Shown piece after piece: positions 18,393 through 27,367 of a DNA stretch of 64,000 nucleotides. The stretch's first letter is position 1; every line of letters begins with the position of its first letter. This stretch comes from a virus. The stretch spans positions 35,506 through 99,505 of the IMG/VR virus record IMGVR_UViG_3300025012_000046; one strand, 5' to 3'. The translations under genes and the position numbers were made by a program. The notes below the pieces were generated by a model that was given only the letters and a program-made list of their open reading frames with translations, ran no database searches and was not told where the DNA came from.

Positions 18393-18810
18393 AATCAAAT
18401 ACTTTGACCCAGACATGCCGCGCATAGAAAAGATTGATAAAGGTGATTGGATAGACCTTAGAAGTGCTATTAATGTAAGCCTTAAGGCTGGAGAATTTAA
18501 GCTTATACCTCTAGGCGTAGCTATGCAATTGCCTAGTGGATTTGAAGCGCATATAGCACCAAGAGGCTCCTCATTCAAGAATTTCAGTATAACGCAAACT
18601 AATAGTGTAGGTGTAGTTGATGAAACTTTTTGTGGTGACAACGATCAGTGGTTTATGCCAGTACTTGCCAACAAAGACACCGAAATAAACAAGTATGACA
18701 GAATATGTCAATTTAGGGTAGTAGAGAAGATGCCTGCCTTAGTTTTTGAAGAGGTAGATATTTTAAATAATAATGACCGTGGAAGTCATGGCTCAACTGG
18801 AATTAACTGA
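18370..18810 (+). CDS. dut: Trimeric dUTPase
   Basis: [30 protein letters not shown]. Confidence 0.93.
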   Translation: MTLPKIIKIKYFDPDMPRIEKIDKGDWIDLRSAINVSLKAGEFKLIPLGVAMQLPSGFEAHIAPRGSSFKNFSITQTNSVGVVDETFCGDNDQWFMPVLANKDTEINKYDRICQFRVVEKMPALVFEEVDILNNNDRGSHGSTGIN

Positions 18811-18824
18811 AATGAGGATATTGA

Positions 18825-21047
18825 ATGTCATATGAATTAAATGGGATGGCCGCTGATATTTGGGCTAAAAAATATAAAGCAGATTCCGACACAACTATAG
18901 AAGATATGTGGAGAAGAACCGCCAAAGCAATGTCTTCAGTAGAGCAAGACAAAGAGTATTGGGAAAACGAATTTTACCAATTACAGTATGACTTCAAGTT
19001 CATTCCTGGCGGTAGGATAAACGCGGGAGCAGGCACACTAAATAATTATTTGTTAAATTGTGCCGTCCTGCCGGTAGAGGACTCTATAGATGGTATCTAC
19101 GAAGCTATTAAACGATCTGCGGTTATGGCCAAGTGTAACTACGGAATTGGCTTTGACTTCTCCTCGCTCAGACCTAAAGGAGATATTGTGTCAAAGGGCG
19201 GCGTGTCTAGCGGCCCTGTTAGCTTCATGCGTGTTTTTGACACAAGCGGGGCTATTATTGAAACCGGAGGTGGAAGACGCGCTGCGGCAATCGGGATACT
19301 CAGAGTCGATCATCCAGACATTCTTGAGTTTATTGATGCAAAAAGACAAGAAGGTGTACTGACTCAGTTTAACATAAGTGTAGGTATTACTGACGAGTTT
19401 ATTAACGCTGTTAAGAACAATGAAGACTTTGATCTAAGCTTTAAAGGAAAAGTATATAAGACCGTTAAGGCCAAAGAAATTTGGGATAAGCTGGTTAAGT
19501 CTGGGTATAATTATAATGACCCTGGAATTTTTTATATAGATCAAGTTAACAAGTGTAACAACGGCTATTACTTGTACGACATTGCTGCGTCCAACCCCTG
19601 TGGTGAAATTCCACTACCACCCTACGGTGTTTGTGATCTTGGTAACATAAATCTGACTAAATTTGTAGTAGACCCCTTCACTCCAGTCTTGCGAGGGACA
19701 AGCTATAAAGATGAGTGGAGTTACAATTTTAACTGGGCATCTTACGAAGATACTATTAAGACGGCTGTTAGATTTCTAGACAATGTTCTGGATGTTTCTG
19801 ATTATCCGTATAAAGAAATAGCAGACAGAGCAAAAGGGGATCGTAGAATAGGACTTAACGGAGTAGCAGGGTTAGGCTCGTTTTTGGCTATGCTAAGAGT
19901 GCCTTACGACTCAGCAGAAGCTATTGAGATAGCAAAAATTCTACAAGAATTCACAATGCGCACTGCATATAACGCGTCAGTAGAGTTGGCCAAAGAAAAA
20001 GGAGCATTTGCTAATTTTGACGCTGAAAAGTATACTAAAGCTGTGTTTATACTAAAGCACTTTACCGACTATGAACTTCTAGACGAAATTTATGATTACG
20101 GTATTCGCAACATAGCGCTGCTTACGATTCCACCTGTGGGTACTGGAAGTTTAATTGCTGGTAACATTTCAAACGGGCTAGAGCCTATATTTGCTCTTGA
20201 ATATAATCGTAACGTAAGGCAACTTGATGGCACTACTAAACAGGAGCCAGTTGAAGATTACGCGTGGAAATTATACAAACAAGCTAACAATACTGGAGAT
20301 ACTACTTTACCAACTAGTTTCTTTAAAACGTCAAGAGAAATTTCACCTAAAGCTCACGTAGATATGCAGGCTGCTTTGCAGGAATTTATTGATGGGTCTA
20401 TAAGTAAAACCGCTAACATACCAGAAAGTTTTACTATAAAAGAGTACGAAGAGTTACTTTGGTATGCCCTTGACAAAGGGTGTAAGGGCTTCACTACTTT
20501 TAGAGAAGGAACCAGAGAAGGTGTATTGGAGACTAAAAAAGAAAAGCCTAAAGTTCAACAGGAAGAGAAAATAAAGTCAGTTGAGCCAAAAAAGAAACGA
20601 CCTAGAGCACTTGACGGTAAGACCTATAAACTGAAAGATGACTTAGGCAACTTATACGTTACTATTAACGACATAGAAGAAAGAGGCAAGACTAAGCCTT
20701 TTGAAATATTTATTAATAGTAATGGCGAGAACTCTCAGTACGCTCCTTGGTACAGAGCTATGGGTAAGTTAATGTCTGCTGTTATGAGGAGAACAGACGA
20801 TTGTAGCTTCATGGTAAAGGATTTACAGTCAATATACGGGCAGCATGGCTTCTTTTCAGACGGGACTTATGTGCAATCCCAACCACAGATGGTGGGAAAT
20901 GTACTACGAGAGCATTTAGATAGCCTTAACCCTGACGTTAAAAAGGAAGTTAAGCACCTTAAATGCCCTGAATGTGGAGAGATGAGTTACGTTAAGGAGG
21001 GTGGTTGTAGTAAGTGTCTTAGTTGCTCTTACTCTACTTGTGGTTAG
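18825..21047 (+). CDS. nrdJ: Class II (adenosylcobalamin-dependent) ribonucleotide reductase with TSCPD/Zn-finger C-terminus
   Basis: PGGRI, NCAV, NPCGEIPL..CDLG, PPVGT, SISKT; C-terminal CPEC..CLSCSYSTCG; no beta subunit in window. Confidence 0.92.
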   Translation: MSYELNGMAADIWAKKYKADSDTTIEDMWRRTAKAMSSVEQDKEYWENEFYQLQYDFKFIPGGRINAGAGTLNNYLLNCAVLPVEDSIDGIYEAIKRSAVMAKCNYGIGFDFSSLRPKGDIVSKGGVSSGPVSFMRVFDTSGAIIETGGGRRAAAIGILRVDHPDILEFIDAKRQEGVLTQFNISVGITDEFINAVKNNEDFDLSFKGKVYKTVKAKEIWDKLVKSGYNYNDPGIFYIDQVNKCNNGYYLYDIAASNPCGEIPLPPYGVCDLGNINLTKFVVDPFTPVLRGTSYKDEWSYNFNWASYEDTIKTAVRFLDNVLDVSDYPYKEIADRAKGDRRIGLNGVAGLGSFLAMLRVPYDSAEAIEIAKILQEFTMRTAYNASVELAKEKGAFANFDAEKYTKAVFILKHFTDYELLDEIYDYGIRNIALLTIPPVGTGSLIAGNISNGLEPIFALEYNRNVRQLDGTTKQEPVEDYAWKLYKQANNTGDTTLPTSFFKTSREISPKAHVDMQAALQEFIDGSISKTANIPESFTIKEYEELLWYALDKGCKGFTTFREGTREGVLETKKEKPKVQQEEKIKSVEPKKKRPRALDGKTYKLKDDLGNLYVTINDIEERGKTKPFEIFINSNGENSQYAPWYRAMGKLMSAVMRRTDDCSFMVKDLQSIYGQHGFFSDGTYVQSQPQMVGNVLREHLDSLNPDVKKEVKHLKCPECGEMSYVKEGGCSKCLSCSYSTCG

Positions 21048-21052
21048 CAAAT

Positions 21053-21625
21053 ATGTCTAAGTGGAAGTGGGATGAAAGTTTAACAGATTTTTTGCCTGGA
21101 GCCAATTTTAAAGATAGAACAGGTATAGTATATAGTCAACTAACTTGCTTATATCCTACAGGAAGAAAACCAAAACATACCTATTGGATGTGCATATGTT
21201 CATGTGGTAATTTTATAGAAGTTTCATCCAATAATTTACATACATATACAACTACGTCGTGTGGTTGCAGGAGAATAGGTGAAACAAATCCAAGGTGGAG
21301 TGGTTACAAAGAAATACCAGGAAGCTATCTTAAAAACTTAAAGAGCAGCGCAGAAACTCGTAATATAAAAGTTGAAATAACCATAGAAGACCTGTGGAAT
21401 AAATTAGTTGGGCAAGATTTTAAGTGTGCTTTATCTGGACTAACTATAGGATTTAAAGGTAAGCGCGGAAGCGAAAATACCGCATCGTTGGACAGAATAG
21501 ACTCCAATAAAGACTATGTTTTGAGCAACGTACAATGGCTACATAAAAACATTAATAAAATGAAATGGGATTTAGACCAAGACTTGTTTATACAATACTG
21601 TAAGCTTATAGCAAACAACAAATAA
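21053..21625 (+). CDS. HNH-type homing endonuclease
   Basis: WMCICSCGN..TTSCGC repeat; CALSG..SLDRIDSNKDYVLSNVQWLHKNINKMK. Confidence 0.85.
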   Translation: MSKWKWDESLTDFLPGANFKDRTGIVYSQLTCLYPTGRKPKHTYWMCICSCGNFIEVSSNNLHTYTTTSCGCRRIGETNPRWSGYKEIPGSYLKNLKSSAETRNIKVEITIEDLWNKLVGQDFKCALSGLTIGFKGKRGSENTASLDRIDSNKDYVLSNVQWLHKNINKMKWDLDQDLFIQYCKLIANNK

Positions 21626-21668
21626 AAAGAGCCGCTATAGACTGGAGGTAGGTCTATAGCGGCTTATC
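21626..21668. terminator. Terminator hairpin between the convergent arms
   Basis: 13-bp stem AGCCGCTATAGAC / GTCTATAGCGGCT with an A run on the left flank. Confidence 0.85.
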
Positions 21669-21702
21669 TGTTCAGAGCACCCGAACAGAGCATAGTAAAT
21701 TT

Positions 21703-22366
21703 TTAAGCTGCACCGTACCCAGATTCTTCATACCAAAATAGGTTTAGGTTAACAGCCGCAGCTGCCGTTCCGTTATTTATTATTCTAAAAACATAATTAG
21801 TAGAAGGCTTAAGTACCCACTCGTTGTCGTTGGAAACAGCCCCCACCAGTCCTGACTGTCCCGCCAGTACCAGTTCCACCACCAATATAATCGGCAGGAA
21901 GTATTTTACCAGCACCTAAGCTTATACCTACGTCACGCTTTACAACTACCTGACTAGCATCTGGAAAATTTCTATTTCTATTCAGCGGAGTAATTAGTGT
22001 ACCGTTTGAAACTGCGTCTGGTCCCTCTAGTATGTCTGTTACTATCTTTGGTCCATCAGTCTGTATCGAAGACGGTTTAAGATGAATGTATGGAGACCCA
22101 GCTGGAGTAGTAAACTGAGTATATGACGTAGCTCCGTTACTTATAGTATATAAGTATTGTGCGCTGTATGCTATGCCGCTATGTACATACTTATGTGCCA
22201 CGTCAATGCCACTTACAGCTTGCGTAACTAGCTCTAGCGGAAGTATAACTCCAAGCTCTCCGTTACTGTTTATTTTTACGAAGTGATATTCTCCATCTAA
22301 ATTACCAGATAGAACTGAGAATGGTCTTCCATTTCTATCGTTAGGCATTACAGTATTTTTATTCAT
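21703..22366 (-). pseudogene. Hypothetical (possibly virion) protein split by a +1 frameshift in a G5 run
   Basis: Removing one C at 21840-21844 joins ..GGTVRTGG to AVSNDNEWVLKPSTNYVFRI..FWYEE. Confidence 0.7.
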
Positions 22367-22375
22367 AGATTTTCC

Positions 22376-22681
22376 TTAACTAATTACCTTAGATATAAGC
22401 GCTAGAAACTCTCTAGCGTCCTTAAACTCAATCTCTCTTTCAACCGCATCTGCTAGCCAACCATTTAAAACCTTCCACTGCTTATTATCTATCTTTTTAT
22501 GTGTAGATATTTTATCTTTAAGAGATTCATACCTCTTATACTTCAATAAACCGCTATCTTCTAAACAAACAGCCCACTTCTCGTTTAACCTGACTGCTAC
22601 GCCTTGGTATCTTGTTATTCTAAGTAAATTCCAAAACGAAGATAGTTTATACGTTATTATTTCTAGGTTTACAGTTTTCAT
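22376..22681 (-). CDS. Hypothetical protein
   Basis: ATGA-coupled ORF. Confidence 0.6.
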   Translation of the reverse strand: MKTVNLEIITYKLSSFWNLLRITRYQGVAVRLNEKWAVCLEDSGLLKYKRYESLKDKISTHKKIDNKQWKVLNGWLADAVEREIEFKDAREFLALISKVIS

Positions 22682-23050
22682 GGTTGTGGATTAACTATAT
22701 TGTTAACTATTTTGCTAACTTCAGCGTAAGCTTCTACCTTCTTCTTGCCGTCCTCTGCTTCTTTCTTCATAACAGCAACTTGGTCTACTACGTTAACTAC
22801 ATTAATAGCCTTTTGGGTCACAGCCTCTACTTTTGAGGTATCAGAACCTATAGCATGTATCCCACTAGTAGCCATAGCACCAGTAAACATTATTGTGGCT
22901 TCGTTTACAGGCACAGTTCCGGTTGCCATCCCGTAAACAGCTACACCAGCGGAAGCTAGTTGCACAACTCCCTTACCAGTTGACATTGGATCGCTTTTAG
23001 CATTTTTTAAAAAGTTTTTTATAAACTGTCCTATTTTTTTTTTTAAACAT
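22678..23050 (-). CDS. Putative membrane protein (holin-like); N-terminus out of frame at an A11 run
   Basis: AGGAG RBS and ATG at 23050; with A10 it reads MFKKKIGQFIKNFLKNAKSDP into the 22678..22986 ORF, which has two weakly hydrophobic segments. Confidence 0.5.
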
Positions 23051-23058
23051 ACATACTC

Positions 23059-23637
23059 CTATGCAGCTATCTTATAGTTGTTAGTGTAAGCGTAAACTCT
23101 ATTTTTATATACATTTATATTGTGGTCTTTAATATCTATCCCGCCGTCATTATCGTGTAAAATTAAGCTAGGAGCCTCTAGATGTTTATACAGCAGTTTA
23201 GGTATCATTGGTACAGGGTCATCGTCACAAATAACCCTATAGTGATTTAAAGAAGGCCCTTTGAAGAACTTAAAATACACTCTAGGACAGCCAAAGCTCA
23301 CTACAGGCTTATCAAAAGCTTCACCTAGAAGAACAGCAATTGCACCGCCAAGTGAATGTCCAGTAAAAACTACATTATCACCTAAATCTTTAAAGTGGTC
23401 TTGCAGCACTTTAAACGCGCTGATAAATCCTTTATGCCCTAAAAATCCTTTTGGAGTTTTACTTGGAAATACTCTTAAGTCTCTAGCTACGTTTTTATTG
23501 TTGTCTGTGCCTCTAATAGCAATGTAAGTAGTTCCGTTTCGTGTTGTTTTGGTGTAATAAAGGTCATCTACTTTAACGCAATTCTGGTCAAAATAGCTTT
23601 CGTAGCAAAGATCAATACACGTTATAAGATGTTCCAT
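23059..23637 (-). CDS. Lipase class 3 (alpha/beta hydrolase)
   Basis: IAIRGT, HKGF, FTGHSLGGA, SFGCPR, DPVP, C-terminal DH. Confidence 0.92.
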   Translation of the reverse strand: MEHLITCIDLCYESYFDQNCVKVDDLYYTKTTRNGTTYIAIRGTDNNKNVARDLRVFPSKTPKGFLGHKGFISAFKVLQDHFKDLGDNVVFTGHSLGGAIAVLLGEAFDKPVVSFGCPRVYFKFFKGPSLNHYRVICDDDPVPMIPKLLYKHLEAPSLILHDNDGGIDIKDHNINVYKNRVYAYTNNYKIAA

Positions 23638-23645
23638 ATTGGCCT

Positions 23646-23927
23646 CTATTTAATGACAGCACTGTTAACGCTGTTGTTTAGTAAACTGCTCCCAACTCCA
23701 GCTATCCCTGTAGGCACTGCTTCGGTTAGATTGTCGAAGAGCGAACGGTTGCCTCTGTTGTCAACTGATATTTTTACCTTGTAGTCTTGAAACTCAAACT
23801 TAGCGTCGTGCTGAGAGTTAATAACATAAGTTTCACCGGAAGGTAGCGTTATGTTAGACTGACGAGAGCCTAGCGTGGAACATCCAGTTAATGTTAGGCA
23901 TATGATTAGTATGGGTAGTGGTTTCAT
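23646..23927 (-). CDS. Lipoprotein
   Basis: MKPLPILIICLTLTG-C lipobox. Confidence 0.75.
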   Translation of the reverse strand: MKPLPILIICLTLTGCSTLGSRQSNITLPSGETYVINSQHDAKFEFQDYKVKISVDNRGNRSLFDNLTEAVPTGIAGVGSSLLNNSVNSAVIK

Positions 23928-23942
23928 ATTTATTTTACTAGT

Positions 23943-24041
23943 TCACGACTCTATATTAGAGTGGCTGTAAATTCCAAGCGTCCAGAGGCAGATAATACGC
24001 GAATACAGTGTATGGTTCTTCTTGCGGAAAGCGACTTTCAT
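23943..24041 (-). pseudogene. 32-aa remnant, probably the N-terminus of a permuted NlpC/P60 (YiiX-like) phage protein
   Basis: GGAGG RBS, then MKVAFRKKNHTLYSRIICLWTLGIYSHSNIES*; the WT..YSH pattern ends just after the His. Confidence 0.5.
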
Positions 24042-24083
24042 GCTACCTCCACAGTTATGATCTTAGTTCGTACCGGCAGGGCC

Positions 24084-27000
24084 TTACCCACCATCTGTGC
24101 CTAACGTTACATCCTTCCAAGCAAAGGTAGTACCTCCGTCAGTAGATACACATATCTGTAACTGGTCGGTGCCGCTGGTCTGTTTGTGCGCCCACAACGT
24201 CAACCGTGTTGCCGCCGCGCATGTGGGGCGGGCAAAGTTAGGAGCGGTGCCCCCTTCTGTGCTGCCGGTCAATTGCATCCCGCTATCGTTGCGGAGGGTC
24301 AGGTTAATCGCCCCAGTGCTGCCTACGCTGCCCATAAGTAAGTCGGTGGGGATAGTGTCACCCGATACTGTTCCGTTGATTTTGGCGTAAAGTTGCGCTC
24401 TCATCTGATAATCAGGACTTGCCCCACCATAGGCATACCATCGGAAGCCACCTAAGATATGAGTATCAGCCATAGCGGAGGGGGAAGCCCAACTGCCTTG
24501 TGATGCTGACATGACTATCCAGGGTCCACGCGGATTAGTGGAGCTGGAACGGCCAAACCAAGGGCCGCGCGTGTTGGTTGTGCCTTCGTCAACTGTTAAG
24601 AAAGGGTGTGCATTGGTGCCAGCGGCGGTGCTTCCTGGTGCTGCCGTGCCTATGGACAGCCTGCCGCCTGATAGGCGCATTTGTTCGGTATTGTCCTCAG
24701 TGAAAGAAAGGTATCCATCTGAGGTATCAGTGGCAGTTATGGAGGTGTCGCCAGCGCCTACAGATGTTGCCGCACCTGACACGACACTTTCAACCTGATA
24801 AACCCCCGTTGTTGAATCCAAGGGGGCAATAACAGCGCCCTTATACGCGCCCAATGTCCAAGCTGCGTTACTTCTGGCACCGTTAATATTGAAGTAATCA
24901 CCAGCAGAAGCACTATCAATGGTCATGTCTGAAGATGTATTATTGACCAGCAGCGTTCGTGCTGGCTTTGTCGTATAAGTTGACCCGGTGCTAATAATCT
25001 GTGGCACTGTGTGCGCCGTCCCTCCCGTAAAAATAACCACCTTTCCAAAGTCACTTACACTAGGATTCTGACCATCGCCATAGGATACTATGGCGCTGTA
25101 TTGCATCCCCCCAGCGCCGGTAAGCTGTGACCCATCCCCAATAAACGCCGTTGCTTTGACATTGCCGCCAACTTCCAACGCTTCCGTAGGGTCAGAGGTA
25201 AATTGACTTGGATTGCCAGAACGAGCTAAATTGATACCTACATAGCCATCCTTAGTTATTCGTAGCCCTTCGGTTTCGATTGTAGAATCTGTAGGAATGG
25301 TGTAAAGAGAAGTCCGAAATGGATTGGACGTTGCGGACCATGCACCTTGAGATACAGAGTCTTGAGTGATTTTACCTACTGTAAATTTAGAATTATCAGC
25401 ATTGGTTCCTGAAGCAGTAGCCCCCTTTACCTGGAATACTCCCAACCTCATACCATCGGTAATCGCAGTGAAACTTTCTTTTGTCCCACCTGCACGTTGA
25501 AAAACATGTCTTGCGGCTCCGGCTGCGGTATCCTGAAATGAAGCTATGGCGAAGCCGGTAGAACCATTCGATGAGCCGTGTACATCATAAATAGCTTCGG
25601 TAGTGGACATATTACCAAAGGCCACCCTCCCATTACTTGCATTCACCTTCAAAGTGGAGTGGGTAAAGCCACCAGCCCCATCGGTTATCTGCACCGCTCC
25701 GGTCTGCCCACTGGACACCGCCCCGCCTGCCCCTGCCTGCCACGAACCGTCATCGCGTAAAAACTTGGTGCCAGTGCGTGTTCCAGACCCTAACCATGCA
25801 GGATTCGCGTAGGTCACATTTGCAGGGTTAGACATAAGAACCATTGAGGTCGAGCTGTTGATTATATTGGTTCCTGATATTGTTCTAAACTCGTTGAATC
25901 CAACTGTGCCAGTACAACCAGTCCCTATATTGATTCCATCGGTAAGATTAAACAGTATGTTACCTGTGATGGATGCAGAAAGAGTGTCAGTTATTTTAAT
26001 GCCTGTTGCCGCCGTACTCGCTGCACCCATGATTTCGTTGCCGGTAATAACAACATCATAAGCGTTATCTATATCAATTCCGTCAACGCCAGCGTTCCAT
26101 GCTCCTAATTCGTTGCCAGTTATCCAGATTCTACCCATACCATCACCAGCGGCATCTGATCTGATCTTGATAACAGCCCCAGACGTTCCTATGTAATTTT
26201 CAAAGGAACAGCCAGTAACCTGTAGAATGGTCAGAGCACCAACCGGGCCTTTGGTGGTTACGTTGTATTCAATAGCGGCAGTAAGGCCGTTGAACAGCTT
26301 GGAGTTTTCAATACTCAATCCACTGCCAGAAACAACATAGATAAGTTTATCCATGTTGTTGCCGCTGAACTGGCACTGTGTTATTCGATGATCGCCGCCG
26401 TCAGTGTCAGGATGGTCTATGTATAAACCGATAGCGCCAGTAGAGTTTGAGTGTATGCGACATAGGTGGAGTTTGGCAAAGTTTGCCTCATAAAGAGCTA
26501 TACCTATTTTATTATCAAGTACGTCCACTCGCACAATATCGGTATAACGAATATAAAGAGATGGATCGCCGGAATACGTCTTAGGCCCAACCGCAATTCC
26601 TGTCTGCCCTGTTCCTGGTGTACCTAATGGTGAAATAGTGAAGTCTTGTAAGGTACAGTTGAAAGATTTTATCCAAAGTATCTCACCTGCAAAATCACCT
26701 TTTATAATAGTCTTGTTGCGCCCCTGCCCTTCGATCTTGGTATTAACATCTAGGGTTTCATTGAGAACATACGTCTTCGGACCTAATACTACTTTCTTGG
26801 TAGTCCCGGCTGCAACAGATGCCTCCTTGAGTGCTGCGTAATCCACATACTGAGTGTTTACGTTAGTAATTCCGGCATTGGGCCATTTGGCTTGTGCCGT
26901 CCCTAATGTATAACCAGCAGATGCGAGGGTATGTGCTGAACCATCGCCTATGGGGTCATAGACATCTGCATAGACAATCAGCCCTACAGCGTTGAGGAGT

Positions 27001-27353
27001 TTGTACCAAAGGGGTTTTAGTAGCCCCGCACTGGTGGCTGTTGCATCTGGTATCCGGTCATCCCCACTAGATGTGTAGTGCTGTAGCGCGTGGGCTTTGG
27101 TAGCATACCCCTCCGCCACCCCATCATTCGTAGCCCTGCCCCCACCTGCGGAGGTATACGCCCCAAACCCCGCCTGCGTCTGGTAGGTGGCGGCGGCTTC
27201 CGTTTTGGGTAAGCGGTCAACGGTCGTGTAGTTTTTAAGAGCAGTATTGTCCTTAACCGGGACCCACGCTCCATCCTTACGCACATGGAGAGTAGGCGCA
27301 GCTATTGCTGCGGTACATATTAATGCTAGTGCGAGTGTGAGTAACTTTTTCAT
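24084..27353 (-). CDS. Tailspike/fibre-like protein with a parallel beta-helix (pectate-lyase-like) domain and N-terminal signal peptide
   Basis: MKKLLTLALALICTAAIA-A; ITGN/IENS beta-helix repeats; fibre motif GYVGIN..PTEALEVGGNVKATAFIGDGSQLT. Confidence 0.75.
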   Translation of the reverse strand: MKKLLTLALALICTAAIAAPTLHVRKDGAWVPVKDNTALKNYTTVDRLPKTEAAATYQTQAGFGAYTSAGGGRATNDGVAEGYATKAHALQHYTSSGDDRIPDATATSAGLLKPLWYKLLNAVGLIVYADVYDPIGDGSAHTLASAGYTLGTAQAKWPNAGITNVNTQYVDYAALKEASVAAGTTKKVVLGPKTYVLNETLDVNTKIEGQGRNKTIIKGDFAGEILWIKSFNCTLQDFTISPLGTPGTGQTGIAVGPKTYSGDPSLYIRYTDIVRVDVLDNKIGIALYEANFAKLHLCRIHSNSTGAIGLYIDHPDTDGGDHRITQCQFSGNNMDKLIYVVSGSGLSIENSKLFNGLTAAIEYNVTTKGPVGALTILQVTGCSFENYIGTSGAVIKIRSDAAGDGMGRIWITGNELGAWNAGVDGIDIDNAYDVVITGNEIMGAASTAATGIKITDTLSASITGNILFNLTDGINIGTGCTGTVGFNEFRTISGTNIINSSTSMVLMSNPANVTYANPAWLGSGTRTGTKFLRDDGSWQAGAGGAVSSGQTGAVQITDGAGGFTHSTLKVNASNGRVAFGNMSTTEAIYDVHGSSNGSTGFAIASFQDTAAGAARHVFQRAGGTKESFTAITDGMRLGVFQVKGATASGTNADNSKFTVGKITQDSVSQGAWSATSNPFRTSLYTIPTDSTIETEGLRITKDGYVGINLARSGNPSQFTSDPTEALEVGGNVKATAFIGDGSQLTGAGGMQYSAIVSYGDGQNPSVSDFGKVVIFTGGTAHTVPQIISTGSTYTTKPARTLLVNNTSSDMTIDSASAGDYFNINGARSNAAWTLGAYKGAVIAPLDSTTGVYQVESVVSGAATSVGAGDTSITATDTSDGYLSFTEDNTEQMRLSGGRLSIGTAAPGSTAAGTNAHPFLTVDEGTTNTRGPWFGRSSSTNPRGPWIVMSASQGSWASPSAMADTHILGGFRWYAYGGASPDYQMRAQLYAKINGTVSGDTIPTDLLMGSVGSTGAINLTLRNDSGMQLTGSTEGGTAPNFARPTCAAATRLTLWAHKQTSGTDQLQICVSTDGGTTFAWKDVTLGTDGG

Positions 27354-27367
27354 TTATATCCTCCGGC

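Noticed and set aside
18825-21047. Intein or group I intron in nrdJ (also checked terL)
   Set aside because: The ORFs are continuous, of ordinary length, and lack intein splice motifs.
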